From Eledone cirrhosa (lineage: Eukaryota), in the NCBI GenBank assembly GCA_964016885.1, contig OZ024763.1:11904001-11968000 (forward strand): a stretch of DNA of 64,000 nt, read 5' to 3'. Below, piece after piece: positions 52,360-64,000 of this stretch. The translations under genes were made by a program, and so were the position numbers. Under the pieces are notes generated by a model. It was not told the origin of the DNA. It saw only the letters and a list, made by a program, of their open reading frames with translations, and ran no database searches. Numbering within the stretch: position 1 is the stretch's first letter; every line of letters begins with the position of its first letter.

Positions 52360-53432
52360 GAGGGATTATTGTGGTATCTGTACTGGGGTGGCCTGAGGGA
52401 ATTATTGTGGTATCTGTTCTGGGGTAGCCTTGGGGGAATTATTGTGGTATCTGTTCTGGGGTAGCCTTGGGGGAATTATTGTGGTATCTGTTCTGGGGTA
52501 GCCTTGGGGGAATTATTGTGGTATCTGTTCTGGGGTAGCCTGAGGGAATTATTGTGGTATCTGTTCTGGGGTGGCCTGAGGGAATTATTGTGGTATCTGT
52601 TCTGGGGTGGCCTGAGGGAATTATTGTGGTATCTGTTCTGGGGTGGCCTGAGGGAATTATTGTGGTATCTGTTCTGGGGTAGCCTTGGGGGAATTATTGT
52701 GGTATCTGTTCTGGGGTAGCCTTGGGGGAATTATTGTGGTATCTGTTCTGGGGTAGCCTTGGGGGAATTATTGTGGTATCTGTACTGGGGTAGCCTTGGG
52801 GGAATTATTGTGGTATCTGTACTGGGGTGGCCTGAGGGAATTATTGTGGTATCTGTTCTGGGGTAGCCTTGGGGGAATTATTGTGGTATCTGTTCTGGGG
52901 TAGCCTTGGGGGAATTATTGTGGTATCTGTTCTGGGGTAGCCTTGGGCGAATTATTGTGGTATCTGTTCTGGGGTAGCCTGAGGGAATTATTGTGGTATC
53001 TGTTCTGGGGTGGCCTGAGGGAATTATTGTGGTATCTGTTCTGGGGTGGCCTGAGGGAATTATTGTGGTATCTGTTCTGGGGTAGCCTTGGGGGAATTAT
53101 TGTGGTATCTGTTCTGGGGTAGCCTTGGGGGAATTATTGTGGTATCTGTTCTGGGGTGGCCTGAGGGAATTATTGTGGTATCTGTACTGGGGTGGCCTGA
53201 GGGAATTATTGTGGTATCTGTTCTGAGGTAGCCTTGGGGGAATTATTGTGGTATCTGTTCTGGGGTAGCCTTGGGGGAATTATTGTGGTATCTGTACTGG
53301 GGTAGCCTTGGGGGAATTATTGTGGTATCTGTTCTGGGGTAGCCTTGGGGGAATTATTGTGGTATCTGTTCTGGGGTAGCCTTGGGGGAATTATTGTGGT
53401 ATCTGTACTGGGGTAGCTTGAGGGAATTATTT
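52360..53432. repeat. 36/37-bp minisatellite (~29 copies)
   Basis: gggaattattgtggtatctgttctggggt(agccttgg/ggcctga). Confidence 0.95.
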
Positions 53433-53756
53433 GTTCTGGAGGAATTGTTAAAACCTTTTCTGATACTTTGTGGTAATAAATCTAGCTTGTTGCCACCAGA
53501 AAGACTGTGAAGCCTAAACCAAGACTTGTGACCAGCAGATAGTTTCTTTGGTCTGATCTGATGCAATGTGATGCAGCCAGTGTTGTTTTGTATTTTTCAA
53601 GAATGTCTTGCTAATGTGGTTTCATGTGGTACAGGATGTTTAAAAGTAATAGACAAATATGTAATACAGAATGACATCCTGAATTAGTTGCTTGAGGGTA
53701 GCTGTCTAAACATACATATAAACTTACATGTGTAGGTGGGTGTGTGTGTGTGTGTC

Positions 53757-53792
<36 letters not shown>

Positions 53793-54127
53793 GAAGGCGC
53801 ATGGCTTTGTGGTTAGAGCATTGGACTTGCAATCGGAAGGTTGTGAGTTTGTTTCTCAGACCAGGTGATGTGTTGTGTCCTTCAGCAAGACACTTTATTT
53901 CACATTGCTCCAGTTCCCTCAGCTGTAGAAATGAGTTGTGATGTCACTGGTGCCAAGCTGTATCGGCCATTGCCTTTCCCTTGGACAACATTGGTGGTGT
54001 GGAGAGGGGAGGCTGGTATGTGTGGGTGACCGCTGGTCTTTCACAAACAACCTTGCCTGCACTTGTGCCTCAGAGGGGAACTTTCTAGGTACAAATCCCA
54101 TGATCATTCGTGACCGAATGGGGTCTT

Positions 54128-54133
<6 letters not shown>
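53793..54133 (+). mobile_element. CORE-SINE with the family-1 head/CORE but a different 3' tail
   Basis: Matches family 1 up to ...ctgtagaaatgag, then an unrelated tail ending gaccgaatggggtctttacc. Confidence 0.85.
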
Positions 54134-54193
<60 letters not shown>

Positions 54194-54355
54194 TATTACA
54201 CACACACTCAAATATAGATATATATGTATGTGTGTATAGTTAAATGAAACAAAACACAGGAGGCAATTTTTAGTTATATTAGGTTCATGCTTGGTGGAGG
54301 TGGAGGTATATACTAGCAACATACACACTCAAATATAGATATATGTGTGTGTGTG

Positions 54356-54433
<78 letters not shown>

Positions 54434-55156
54434 AACCTGGCCATTTAACTGATTACAACATGCCACCAACCCCTCTCCCTCCCTGCTGAGATAAAGACAA
54501 CTGGATCATATTTCTCAACTATAATCATATCAAATGTAACAGTTTTTTTTTTTAGGAATAACATACTTCATACTTCCTTCCACCCCTCCATCCTTCCGCC
54601 CCTCCACCCATCCTTCCATCCCTCCCCCCTTCCTTTCATTCCTCCCTCCACCCTTTCATCCCTTCCTTCGCACTCTCTATATATTTCTCCCTCCAGTCTG
54701 TCTGTCTGTCTGTATATCTGAATGTCTCATCTATTTGTCTATCTATCTGTCTGTCTCTCTGCCCCCATACACACACACACAAAACTGACATAAACACCAC
54801 CCACGCACACTACTCCCACAAGCACAAATACAAACACTATTCATTGCTATACACACACACTAACACATACATGCCAACACCACCCCACACTGTGCCTCTT
54901 TTTACACCATCTACAGGATGTGTGTCTGTGCGAAGTGAGTACCCTGATGCTCCCCATCATCTTTAAATCTATCACACTGTCCCCACTATCATTTGATCCC
55001 ACTTCCTCCCTAACTTCAGTGTTTAACCCATAATATCCCCTAATGATTTAGCAGAAAATATCTAAAAACCGATTCGTAAATTCAAATGTTTACACTATCT
55101 TTACTTGTAGACAGATAGTTGTGAAGATTTGCAGTATTAAAGCAAAGTCTTTAATA

Positions 55157-55885
55157 TTTACAGTGTAGGCTGGGTGCTTTTTGTTGTGACACCTACACGA
55201 CCACTTTACAGTGTGGGCTGGGTGCTTTTTGTCGTGACACCTACACAACCACTTTACAGTGTGGGCTGGGTGCTTTTTGTCGTGACACCTACACGACCAC
55301 TTTACAGTGTGGCCTGGGTGCTTTTTGTTGTGACGCCTACATGACCACTTTACAGTGTGGCCTGGGTGCTTTTTGTCGTGACACCTACACGACCACTTTA
55401 CAGTGTGGGCTGGGTGCTTTTTGTCGTGACACCTACGCGACCACTTTACAGTGTGGGCTGGGTGCTTTTTGTCGTGACACCTACATGACCACTTTACAGT
55501 GTGGGCTGGGTGCTTTTTGTCGTGACACCTACACGACCACTTTACAGTGTAGGCTGGGTGCTTTTTGTTGTGACGCCTACATGACCACTTTACAGTGTGG
55601 GCTGGGTGCTTTTTGTCGTGACACCTACACGACCACTTTACAGTGTAGGCTGGGTGCTTTTTGTTGTGACGCCTACATGACCACTTTACAGTGTGGGCTG
55701 GGTGCTTTTTGTTGTGACGCCTACATGACCACTTTACAGTGTGGGCTGGGTGCTTTTTGTTGTGACACCTACATGACCACTTTACAGTGTGGGCTGGGTG
55801 CTTTTTGTTGTGACGCCTACATGACCACTTTACAGTGTGGGCTGGGTGCTTTTTACCGTGTCTCCATCGTGACCACTTTACAGTG
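55157..55885. repeat. 48-bp minisatellite derived from the RTE 3' UTR (~15 copies)
   Basis: tttacagtgtgggctgggtgctttttgtcgtgacacctacacgaccac; the same unit occurs 1-3 times in LINE/SINE tails. Confidence 0.93.
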
Positions 55886-56705
55886 TCGTGGCCTGTCCTC
55901 ATGAGAGATGTGTGGGATGGGATGGTGTATACTGTATATATACTTCAGCTTAGGCCTGATCCCGTGGGAAGTCAGGTGTTCTGTATTACCTCATAACCCT
56001 TGAGATCACGGTCCTGTGTCATCTCCTTTGAGAGATGCAATTGGGCAAGGTTGGCTTTGATCACTTCATCCCAAGCCTTCCTGGATCTCCCCACGCCAAA
56101 GCTTCCATCGACTTTGAGCGATCTTTTTATGCAGCTGTCATCCTTCATACGCATCACATGTCCATACCAAAGCAATCTCCTCTCCTGCTCACAGCATTTG
56201 ATTCCTCTTTTGCCTAGTTTCTCTCTCAGTTCGTTTATGCTTTGCCGTTCGCATATATTACTATTACACATCCATCGGAGCATGCAAGCTTCATTCCTTT
56301 CCAATCTACACAAGTCTTCTGCACACAACACCCAGGTCTCACTACCAGGCAACATAGCTGTTCATATGCATGCATCATACAGTCTGCCTTTCATTCTGAG
56401 GGAAAAGCCTTTTGTAGCCAGCAGTGGCAGTAGCTCCCTGAACTTCTTCCACCCCGTTCTTACACTGGTTACTGTACTTTCAGAACACCCACTTCCGCTG
56501 CTAATTCGGTCACTCAGGTAGCAGAAGCTGTCTACTGTTTCTACAGTGCCCTCCTAGACTTTGGTAGCATTTGTTTCCTATGGTCGTTTGCTGCTTACTG
56601 TCCTCGTGCAACTGCTACATGTAAAGCCTACATTCTTAGCTAAACTTCCTGAGATCCCACTACATTTCTTGTGTACCCATAGTTTGCATTTCAGGCAGAG
56701 GATAT
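55157..56705 (-). mobile_element. RTE LINE 3' portion with expanded UTR repeat
   Basis: ORF 55972..56355 and the upstream zinc-finger-coding region match the 40243 ORF. The 3' UTR unit is amplified about 15 times. Confidence 0.9.
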
Positions 56706-56707
56706 AA

Positions 56708-57035
56708 TCATCATTTTACGTCTACTTTTCCCTGCTTGCAAGGGTGAGACAGGAACTGATTCTGGCTTGATATCTACAGCTGGATGCCCTTCCTAACACC
56801 AACCTCATTTACAGTGAGTGCTGGGTGCTTTTTGCCGTGGCACCTCCACGACCACTTTGCAGTGGAATGATAGGGACCCCAGTCCCTATCATCTCATTTC
56901 TACAGCTGAGTAAACTGGAGCAATGTGAAATAAAGTGTCTTGCTCAAGGAAACAACACATCACCCGGTCTGAGAATTGAACTCACAACCTTTCGATTGCA
57001 AGCCCAATGCTCTAACCACTAAGCCATGTGCCTCC
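56708..57035 (-). mobile_element. CORE-SINE family 1, full length
   Basis: Same sequence; sits at the 5' truncation point of the LINE fragment. Confidence 0.9.
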
Positions 57036-57952
57036 ATATATATATATATAATCAAGTACCAGTAATGCACTGGGGTCGATTTAATCAACTTTCCCACTTC
57101 CCTTTAAATTGCTGGCCTTGTGCCAAATGAAGAAACAATTATTATTATTGGCAGAATCGTTAGAGCATCGGACTAAATGTTTTGCAGTATTTTTTATGGC
57201 TCTTTATTTTTGGGGGTTTGTATCTCACTAAGGTCAACTTTGCCTTTCATCATACCAGGGTCAATAAAATAAAGTACCTCCACCCCCACCCATAATTGCT
57301 GGCCTTGTGCTTAATTTACAAACCACCACCACCACCACCATCATCATCATCATTATCATCATAACTGAGTGTTTGTATTGTCAGTTCAAATCCCTTTGAG
57401 GTGAACTTTGACATTCAGTTTTTCAGGGGTTGATAAAGTCAAGTACTGTGGTTGACCTTCCTCAATTGCTGGCCTTGTGCTGAATTAGAAATAGTTGTTG
57501 CTGTTGTTGTTGTTGCTGCTGCTGCTGTTGTTGTTGTTGTTGTTGCTGTTGTTGTGCAGGCTTGCTGTCTGTGAAGGGAGAATCTGCAGTGTTGATGATA
57601 AAACTAACAGAGATAACAATCGTTAGCCTAACGGAGAGGTTGATTAATTAAAACTGACTCTATCTTGACTCTGATCTGTCTCTCTCTGTCTCTCTCCCAC
57701 TTCTCTCTATCTCACCTCTCTCTCTTTCTCTACTTCCTCTATCTCTCTCCCACTTCTCTCTATCTCACCTCTCTCTCTTTCTCTACTTCCTCTATCTCTC
57801 TCCTACTTCCCTCTATCTCACCTCTCCCTCTCTTTCTCTACTTCCTCTATCTCTCTTTACTTTCTCTCTCTTTCTACTTCCCTCTATCTCACCTCTCCCT
57901 CTCTCTATCTCACCTCTCCCTCTCTCTATCCCACCTCTCTCTCTCTCTCTAT

Positions 57953-57988
<36 letters not shown>

Positions 57989-59616
57989 CTTTCCACAATC
58001 TCTCTCTCTATTTTCTCTCTATCTCATCTCCCCCCTCTCATCTCTCTCTGCTTCCCTTTCTATACTTCTCTCTCTTTTGTTCTATTTCTTTTTCTTACAC
58101 ACAAGACCACACACATACACAGTGGCTAATACACGCGCACACACACAGGCGCATAGAGACACACACACACACACTGAGACACACTCACAACGAGACACAT
58201 ATTTATTACCACAATGACACACACATTGCCACAATGACACACACATGCATATACACTCACTGACATATACACACACACTCACATTCACATATTTATACAA
58301 GCATACACATACTCGTACACATATACACACACACACACACAAGGCACACTTCATCTGACACATACACACCCACATTCACATACACATACATACAGGCACA
58401 CACAAACAGCACACACTGTCTCTCTCACACACACACACACACATATATGCCAGCGTGGAAAATGGATGTTAAACGAAGAAGATGATGATGATGATGATGA
58501 CACCCACATTCACATACACATATATACAGGCACACACAAAAGGCAAACACTAACTCTCTCTCTCTCTCACACACCCACATACACACCCACATTGACATAC
58601 ACACACAAACGGCACACGCTATCTCTCACACACACACACTGTGTCTCTCACACACACACACATACCTACACACACAAAATGGTTTCTACTTTGCAGATTA
58701 AATTGTTACTTTAACCCATAACAGTCCACTGTAGCACATTAGGCGCTCCCTTCCCTTCTTCAAGACAGTTTCTTGTAAATTGTATGTTGTTAGGGTTCAC
58801 ACATTCATATCTTTAACTGATGAAAAAATCTAATTTACAGCTCCCACCTATGTAGGTTTAGCTGGCTGGCTTCCATAAGGTTTCATTTCATAGGGGGTTT
58901 CTTAGATATATTAATGATAGGGGCTTCAGTCCTATCATGTTGTTACATCTCACATATATGCAAGTTTAGCTGGCCTCCTGTAGGGTTGTATCTCATAGGA
59001 GATTTCTTGGATGTTTTAATGTTAAGGCCCTTAATCCTATCATTATTGTTGTTACAACTCACACCTATGTGGTTTAGCTGGTCTCCTACAAGGTTGTATC
59101 TCATAGATTTCTTGGATGTGTTAATGATAGGTGGCCCCAGTCTTATCACTTTGTTGTTACTGTTCAAACCCATGTAGGTTTAGCTGGCTTCTGTATGGTT
59201 ACATTCTATAGGAAGTTATCTAGGGGTTTTGTTGTTAGGGCACTCAGTCTTGTCATGAAAAGCAACATGAAATGAAGTGTCTTACTCAAGGATACAATAC
59301 TCTGCCTGGAATTGAACTCACAACCTTATGATTGTGAGTATAACACCTTAACCACAAACCACTCAATGTTGCATCTCAGAGAAAGACATTTGTGTATTTT
59401 TAGCCCCTTTTGATACCAAATCCTTTGATTAAGTACTTCACAAATCTTCTTTGTAAGGCCAGATAAGGTTTCACTGAAAATATAGCATCTTAAGTAATGG
59501 AGGTACTAAAAGACTAAAGTAGAACATTACTGAATTTCAGGACTGAGTTGTGTTATGGTGTAAAACTGTGTTCTTTTAGAAAATGACATAATGTATTTTT
59601 ATTTTCTTAATCCTTT

Positions 59617-59874
59617 TGATACCAGACTTGTCTAAAACTACCCTTGGTTCTATGATACCAGACAGATCTAAAACTACCCCTGGTCCTATGATACCAGACA
59701 GATCTAAAACTACCCCTGGTCCTATGATACCAGACAGATCTAAAACTACCCCTGGTTCTATGATACCAGACAGATCTAAAACTACCCCTGGTTCTATGAT
59801 ACCAGACAGATCTAAAACTACCCCTGGTTCTATGATACCAGACAGATCTAAAACTACCCCTGGTTCTATGATAC
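59617..59874. repeat. 36-bp minisatellite inside the P2 MITE end (~7 copies)
   Basis: tgataccagacagatctaaaactacccctggttcta. Confidence 0.92.
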
Positions 59875-60020
59875 AAATCTGTTTACTTGAAAGTAATTGT
59901 ATTTATCTTAAAAACCTCCCATCATAATTTTACGTAAAAACCTTGCTAAATCCTTTGGGTATCAAACTGCCAGAAATGCCCCTGGTTCTGTGATACAAAA
60001 TTTGTTTTAAGGTGTTTATC

Positions 60021-60555
60021 ATCATCATTATCATCATCGTCATTTTACGTCTGTTATTCCAGGCTTTCATGGATTGGACGGGTCCTTCTCAGTACTGCAT
60101 CTTTCAAATTATCGTGTTCGTTTGTCATCTCCTCCATTTGCTTTAACAATTTGAGATCAGCTCTCACCACTTCCACCTAGGTCTGTCATGGTCTTCCTCT
60201 ACTGGGGTTACTATCATCAATGCACTCATATGGCTCTACCAACACTGTCTTGCACACCACTTAGGAGGATTCCTCTTAAACCTAGTTTCTACCTCAGTTG
60301 ATCCAAGCTCTGCCTTTCACATTACCATTACACATCTATCAAAGCATGTTTGCTTCATTTCTCTTCAGCCTTTGTCTATTCTCTACCTTCACTGCACACA
60401 CCCCACTACCATGCAACATGGCACTTCACACATGCAGCCAACCTTTCGTTCATAGGGAGACATCTTTTGTTGTTAGCAGGAGTATCAGTTCCCTAAATTT
60501 CTTTGTTCTTATTCTAGCTTCTATGCTCTATGAGTACCCTCTTCTACTGCTTTTA
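60021..60555 (-). mobile_element. Degenerate RTE LINE 3' fragment with 8-bp TSD, nested in a MITE
   Basis: (ATC)n tail, ccatgcaacat (MLHG) remnant, and TGTTTATC duplicated at 60013-60020 and 60556-60563. Confidence 0.7.
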
Positions 60556-61342
60556 TGTTTATCTAAAAACCTTCCATCATAACTTCATGTAAAAGCCTTT
60601 ATGTTCCAAACACCAGCTTAATAATGAAAGAGTTTGTTATAATAACTCCTTTTAAATTTTGATAATTTTAAAAAATCAAATGAAAATCACAGGCAGTGAT
60701 TTTCATTAGAAATATTGTAGTGAAAGGGTTAAAGTGTTTATATTTATCTACAACCCTTTAATATTTTTTATGTAAGAAACTTTATTATTAGTTATATTAC
60801 TAAATCTCTTCCAAATCTTGCATATTTTCAAAATAGGCAATGTCTTTTATTAGAAATATGGTAATGAAAGGATTAATAGTGATACGGAATATTTTTTTCT
60901 ATCTATCACATCATAATTATTATATCTGCTGTAATTAGTGAAAATGCCCAGAGATCTTATTTTATTTTATGCATCAAATATTTTGCATTGTATGCTAAAT
61001 ATATTATTACATTCCTGAAATACCCAGGCATTGCCGGGTAGTTCTGCTGGTCTTTATTATATAAAGATACGAATCATTTATATCTGATTTTAACAGCAGA
61101 GATCAATGTAGTTGATAGGATATTGGAGGTATGTTTTTTTCCATGTTGATTGCTGTATATACACTGGGATGGTAGTGGAGGTGGTGGTGGTGGTGTAGAG
61201 ATCAAGATCAACAGATTGGAGAGAGAAGAGAGAGAGAGGGCTTATTGACTTCAGAACTTGTTCCACTGTATAAATGTTATCTCCTCTTATCACTGTTCAA
61301 GTTGTTGTTTTTTGTTGCTATGTATGTATATATGTGTGTGAA

Positions 61343-61378
<36 letters not shown>

Positions 61379-62745
61379 AATGGTGTATTGGCAGTGTCGG
61401 TAGAGCGTCGGACACCATGATTTGCAGCATAGGATTACGGCCCTTTATGTTCTGAGTTCAAATCCCGCCAAGGTTAACTTTGCCTTTCATCTTTACCGGG
61501 TTGATAAAATAAAGTACCAGTCACACACTGGGGTCGACTTTCCCCCTCGCTCAAAATTGCTGGCCTTATGCCTAAATCAGAAAGCATTATTATTACATCT
61601 GAGTTCAAATCCCGCCGAGGTTGACTTTGCCTTTCATCCTTACGGGGTTGATAAAATAAAGTACCAGTAATACACTGGGTAATTTGCTGGCCTTGTGCCT
61701 AAAGTAGAAACAATTATTATTACATTGGCAGTATCGGTAGAGGGTCGGACGCCATGCTTTCCAGCATAGAGTTACCTCCCTTTGCGGTCTGAGTGTGTGC
61801 GTGTACATTGTGTGTGTATATATGTGTCCGTGTGTACATGTATATTGTGTGTATATATATGTGTGTGCGTGTACATGTATATTGTGTGTATATATATGTC
61901 TGTGTGTACATGTACATTGTGTGTATATATATGTGTCTGTGTACATGTATATTGTGTGTATATATATGTGTGTGCGTGTACATGTATATTGCGTGTATAT
62001 ATATGTGTGTGCGTGTACATGTATATTGTGTGTATATATATGTGTGTGCGTGTACATGTATATTGTGTGTATATATATGTGTCTGTGTGTACATGTACAT
62101 TGAGTGTATATATATGTGTGTGTGTACATGTATATTGTGTGTATATATATGTCCATGTGTACATGTATATTGTGTGTATATATATGTGTGTGCGTGTACA
62201 TGTATATTGTGTGTATATATATGTGTGTGCGTGTACATGTATATTGTGTGTATATATATGTGTCTGTGTGTACATGTACATTGAGTGTATATATATGTGT
62301 GTGTGTACATGTATATTGTGTGTATATATATGTCCATGTGTACATGTATATTGTGTGTATATATATGTGTGTACGTGTACATGTATATTGTGTGTATATA
62401 TATGTCCATGTGTACATGTATATTGTGTGTATATATAAGTGTCTGTGTGTACATGAATATTGTGTGTGTGTATATGTGTCTGTGTGTACATGTATATTGT
62501 GTGTATATATATGTGTCTGTGTGTACATGTATATTGTGTGTATATATATGTCTGTGCGTGTACATGTACATTGTGTGTATATATATGTGTCTGTGTACAT
62601 GTACATTGTGTGTATATATATGTGTGTGCGTGTATCAGAATTCAACAAGGACAGTCAACATGGGTGGAGATGAAGGACAGTAAAATAAAATTATGATATA
62701 TAGTATTTTAATGCTTGATAAAGTAGGAAAAGAATCTGTTTTATA

Positions 62746-63157
62746 TCATCATTTCATCATCATTTTACGTCCACTTTTCCCTGCTTGCAAGGGTGGGACG
62801 GGAACTGAGTCTGGCTTGATTTCTACAGCTGGATGCCCTTCCTAACACCAACCTCATTTACAGTGTGAGCTGGGTGCTTTTTTGCAGTGTGGGCTGGGTG
62901 CTTTTTTGCCGTGGCACCTCCACAACCACTTTACAGTGAGTGCTGGATGCTTTTTTGCCGTGGCACCTCCATGACCACTTTGCAGTGGAATGATAGGGAC
63001 CCCAGTCCCTATCATCTCATTTCTACAGCTGAGTAAACTGGAGCAATGTGAAATAAAGTGTCTTGCTCAAGGAAACAACACATCACCTGGTCTGAGATTG
63101 AACTCACAACCTTTCGATTGCAAGGCCAATGCTCTAACCACTAAGCCATGTGCCTCC
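62746..63157 (-). mobile_element. CORE-SINE family 1 with extra tail repeat units
   Basis: Same head and CORE; additional copies of the 48-bp LINE-UTR unit. Confidence 0.88.
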
Positions 63158-63643
63158 CCATATATATATATATATATCATCATCATCATCGTTTAACATC
63201 TATCTTCCATGCTAGCATGGGTTTAGACGGCAATTGTCCCACTTGAGGCAAGATTGCTCGTATAGGACTGTGTATGTGTCTTTCAATGTGTTTTTTTGCT
63301 CACATGAGTATATATATATGTGTGAGGTGTGTGTGTGTGTGAGGTGTATAGTGTGTGTGAGGTGTATAGTGTGTGTGTTTGTGAGGTGTGTGTGTGTGTT
63401 TGTGAGGTGTATAGTGTGTGGTGTGTGAGTGTGGAGAGGGTAATGTGTAAAGGTGTGTCAACCTTTATCCTGTTTCTCCATAGCTAATTAGTTTTTATCT
63501 TCTCACCTGTCACGCTCTCTCAAGTATATATTTACATATTCCCTTCACAATGGATTATATGATGATGATGATATACACTGTATACATGATATATATTGTA
63601 ATCATGTCAGAAACACACACAAATATAGACACACACACACATA

Positions 63644-63680
<37 letters not shown>

Positions 63681-63761
63681 AGTAGTTATAGTTCTTCTGC
63701 TGTCTATGTGTGTGTGTGTGTCTTTCAATGTTTTTTTTTGCTCACATGAGTATAAATTATA

Positions 63762-63838
<77 letters not shown>

Positions 63839-64000
63839 CAATATTCTTCACACTCTTGAAATCATACTACTACTACTACTACTACTACCGCTGCCACGGC
63901 CACAGCCATTCTTTGGGGTTGATAGAATAAAGTACCTGTAATGCACTGGTGTCTATTTAATCGACTTTCCCCTTCATTGCTGACTTATTCCTGAAAGGGT

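Larger units (their letters stand above)
59607..60732 (+). mobile_element. Second TTAA MITE family (P2), nested/compound
   Basis: Starts ttaatccttttgatacc and ends attagaaatattgtagtgaaagggttaa. Related ends at 26329-26520, 36520-36553 and 51100-51350. Confidence 0.6.

Overview
Eukaryotic, AT-rich, repeat-saturated non-coding DNA. The SINE/LINE repertoire and the very high microsatellite density are typical of a coleoid cephalopod, most likely Octopus (inferred from recalled repeat families, not from a database search). I found no convincing host protein-coding exon, and nearly all listed ORFs are by-products of microsatellites, minisatellites or SINEs. The only real long reading frame is a young, 5'-truncated RTE-clade LINE (39941-42120, minus strand). 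It has an uninterrupted ~625-codon RT frame carrying an inserted C4HC3 (PHD-like) finger. The window also holds at least three tRNA-derived SINE families (CORE-type with an RTE tail, Meta-domain type, and a third with a ~125-bp tail repeat). Other elements are TTAA/piggyBac-like, hAT and mariner MITEs, remnants of Tx1/L1, CRE-like and Penelope-like (GIY-YIG) retroelements, and about 20 minisatellites, several seeded by the transposons themselves. The most striking hidden signal is a set of short, (TA)n-embedded Penelope-like repeat fragments that fold into minimal type I hammerhead ribozymes (best at 33354-33424 and 45411-45472). They often occur as head-to-head inverted pairs.
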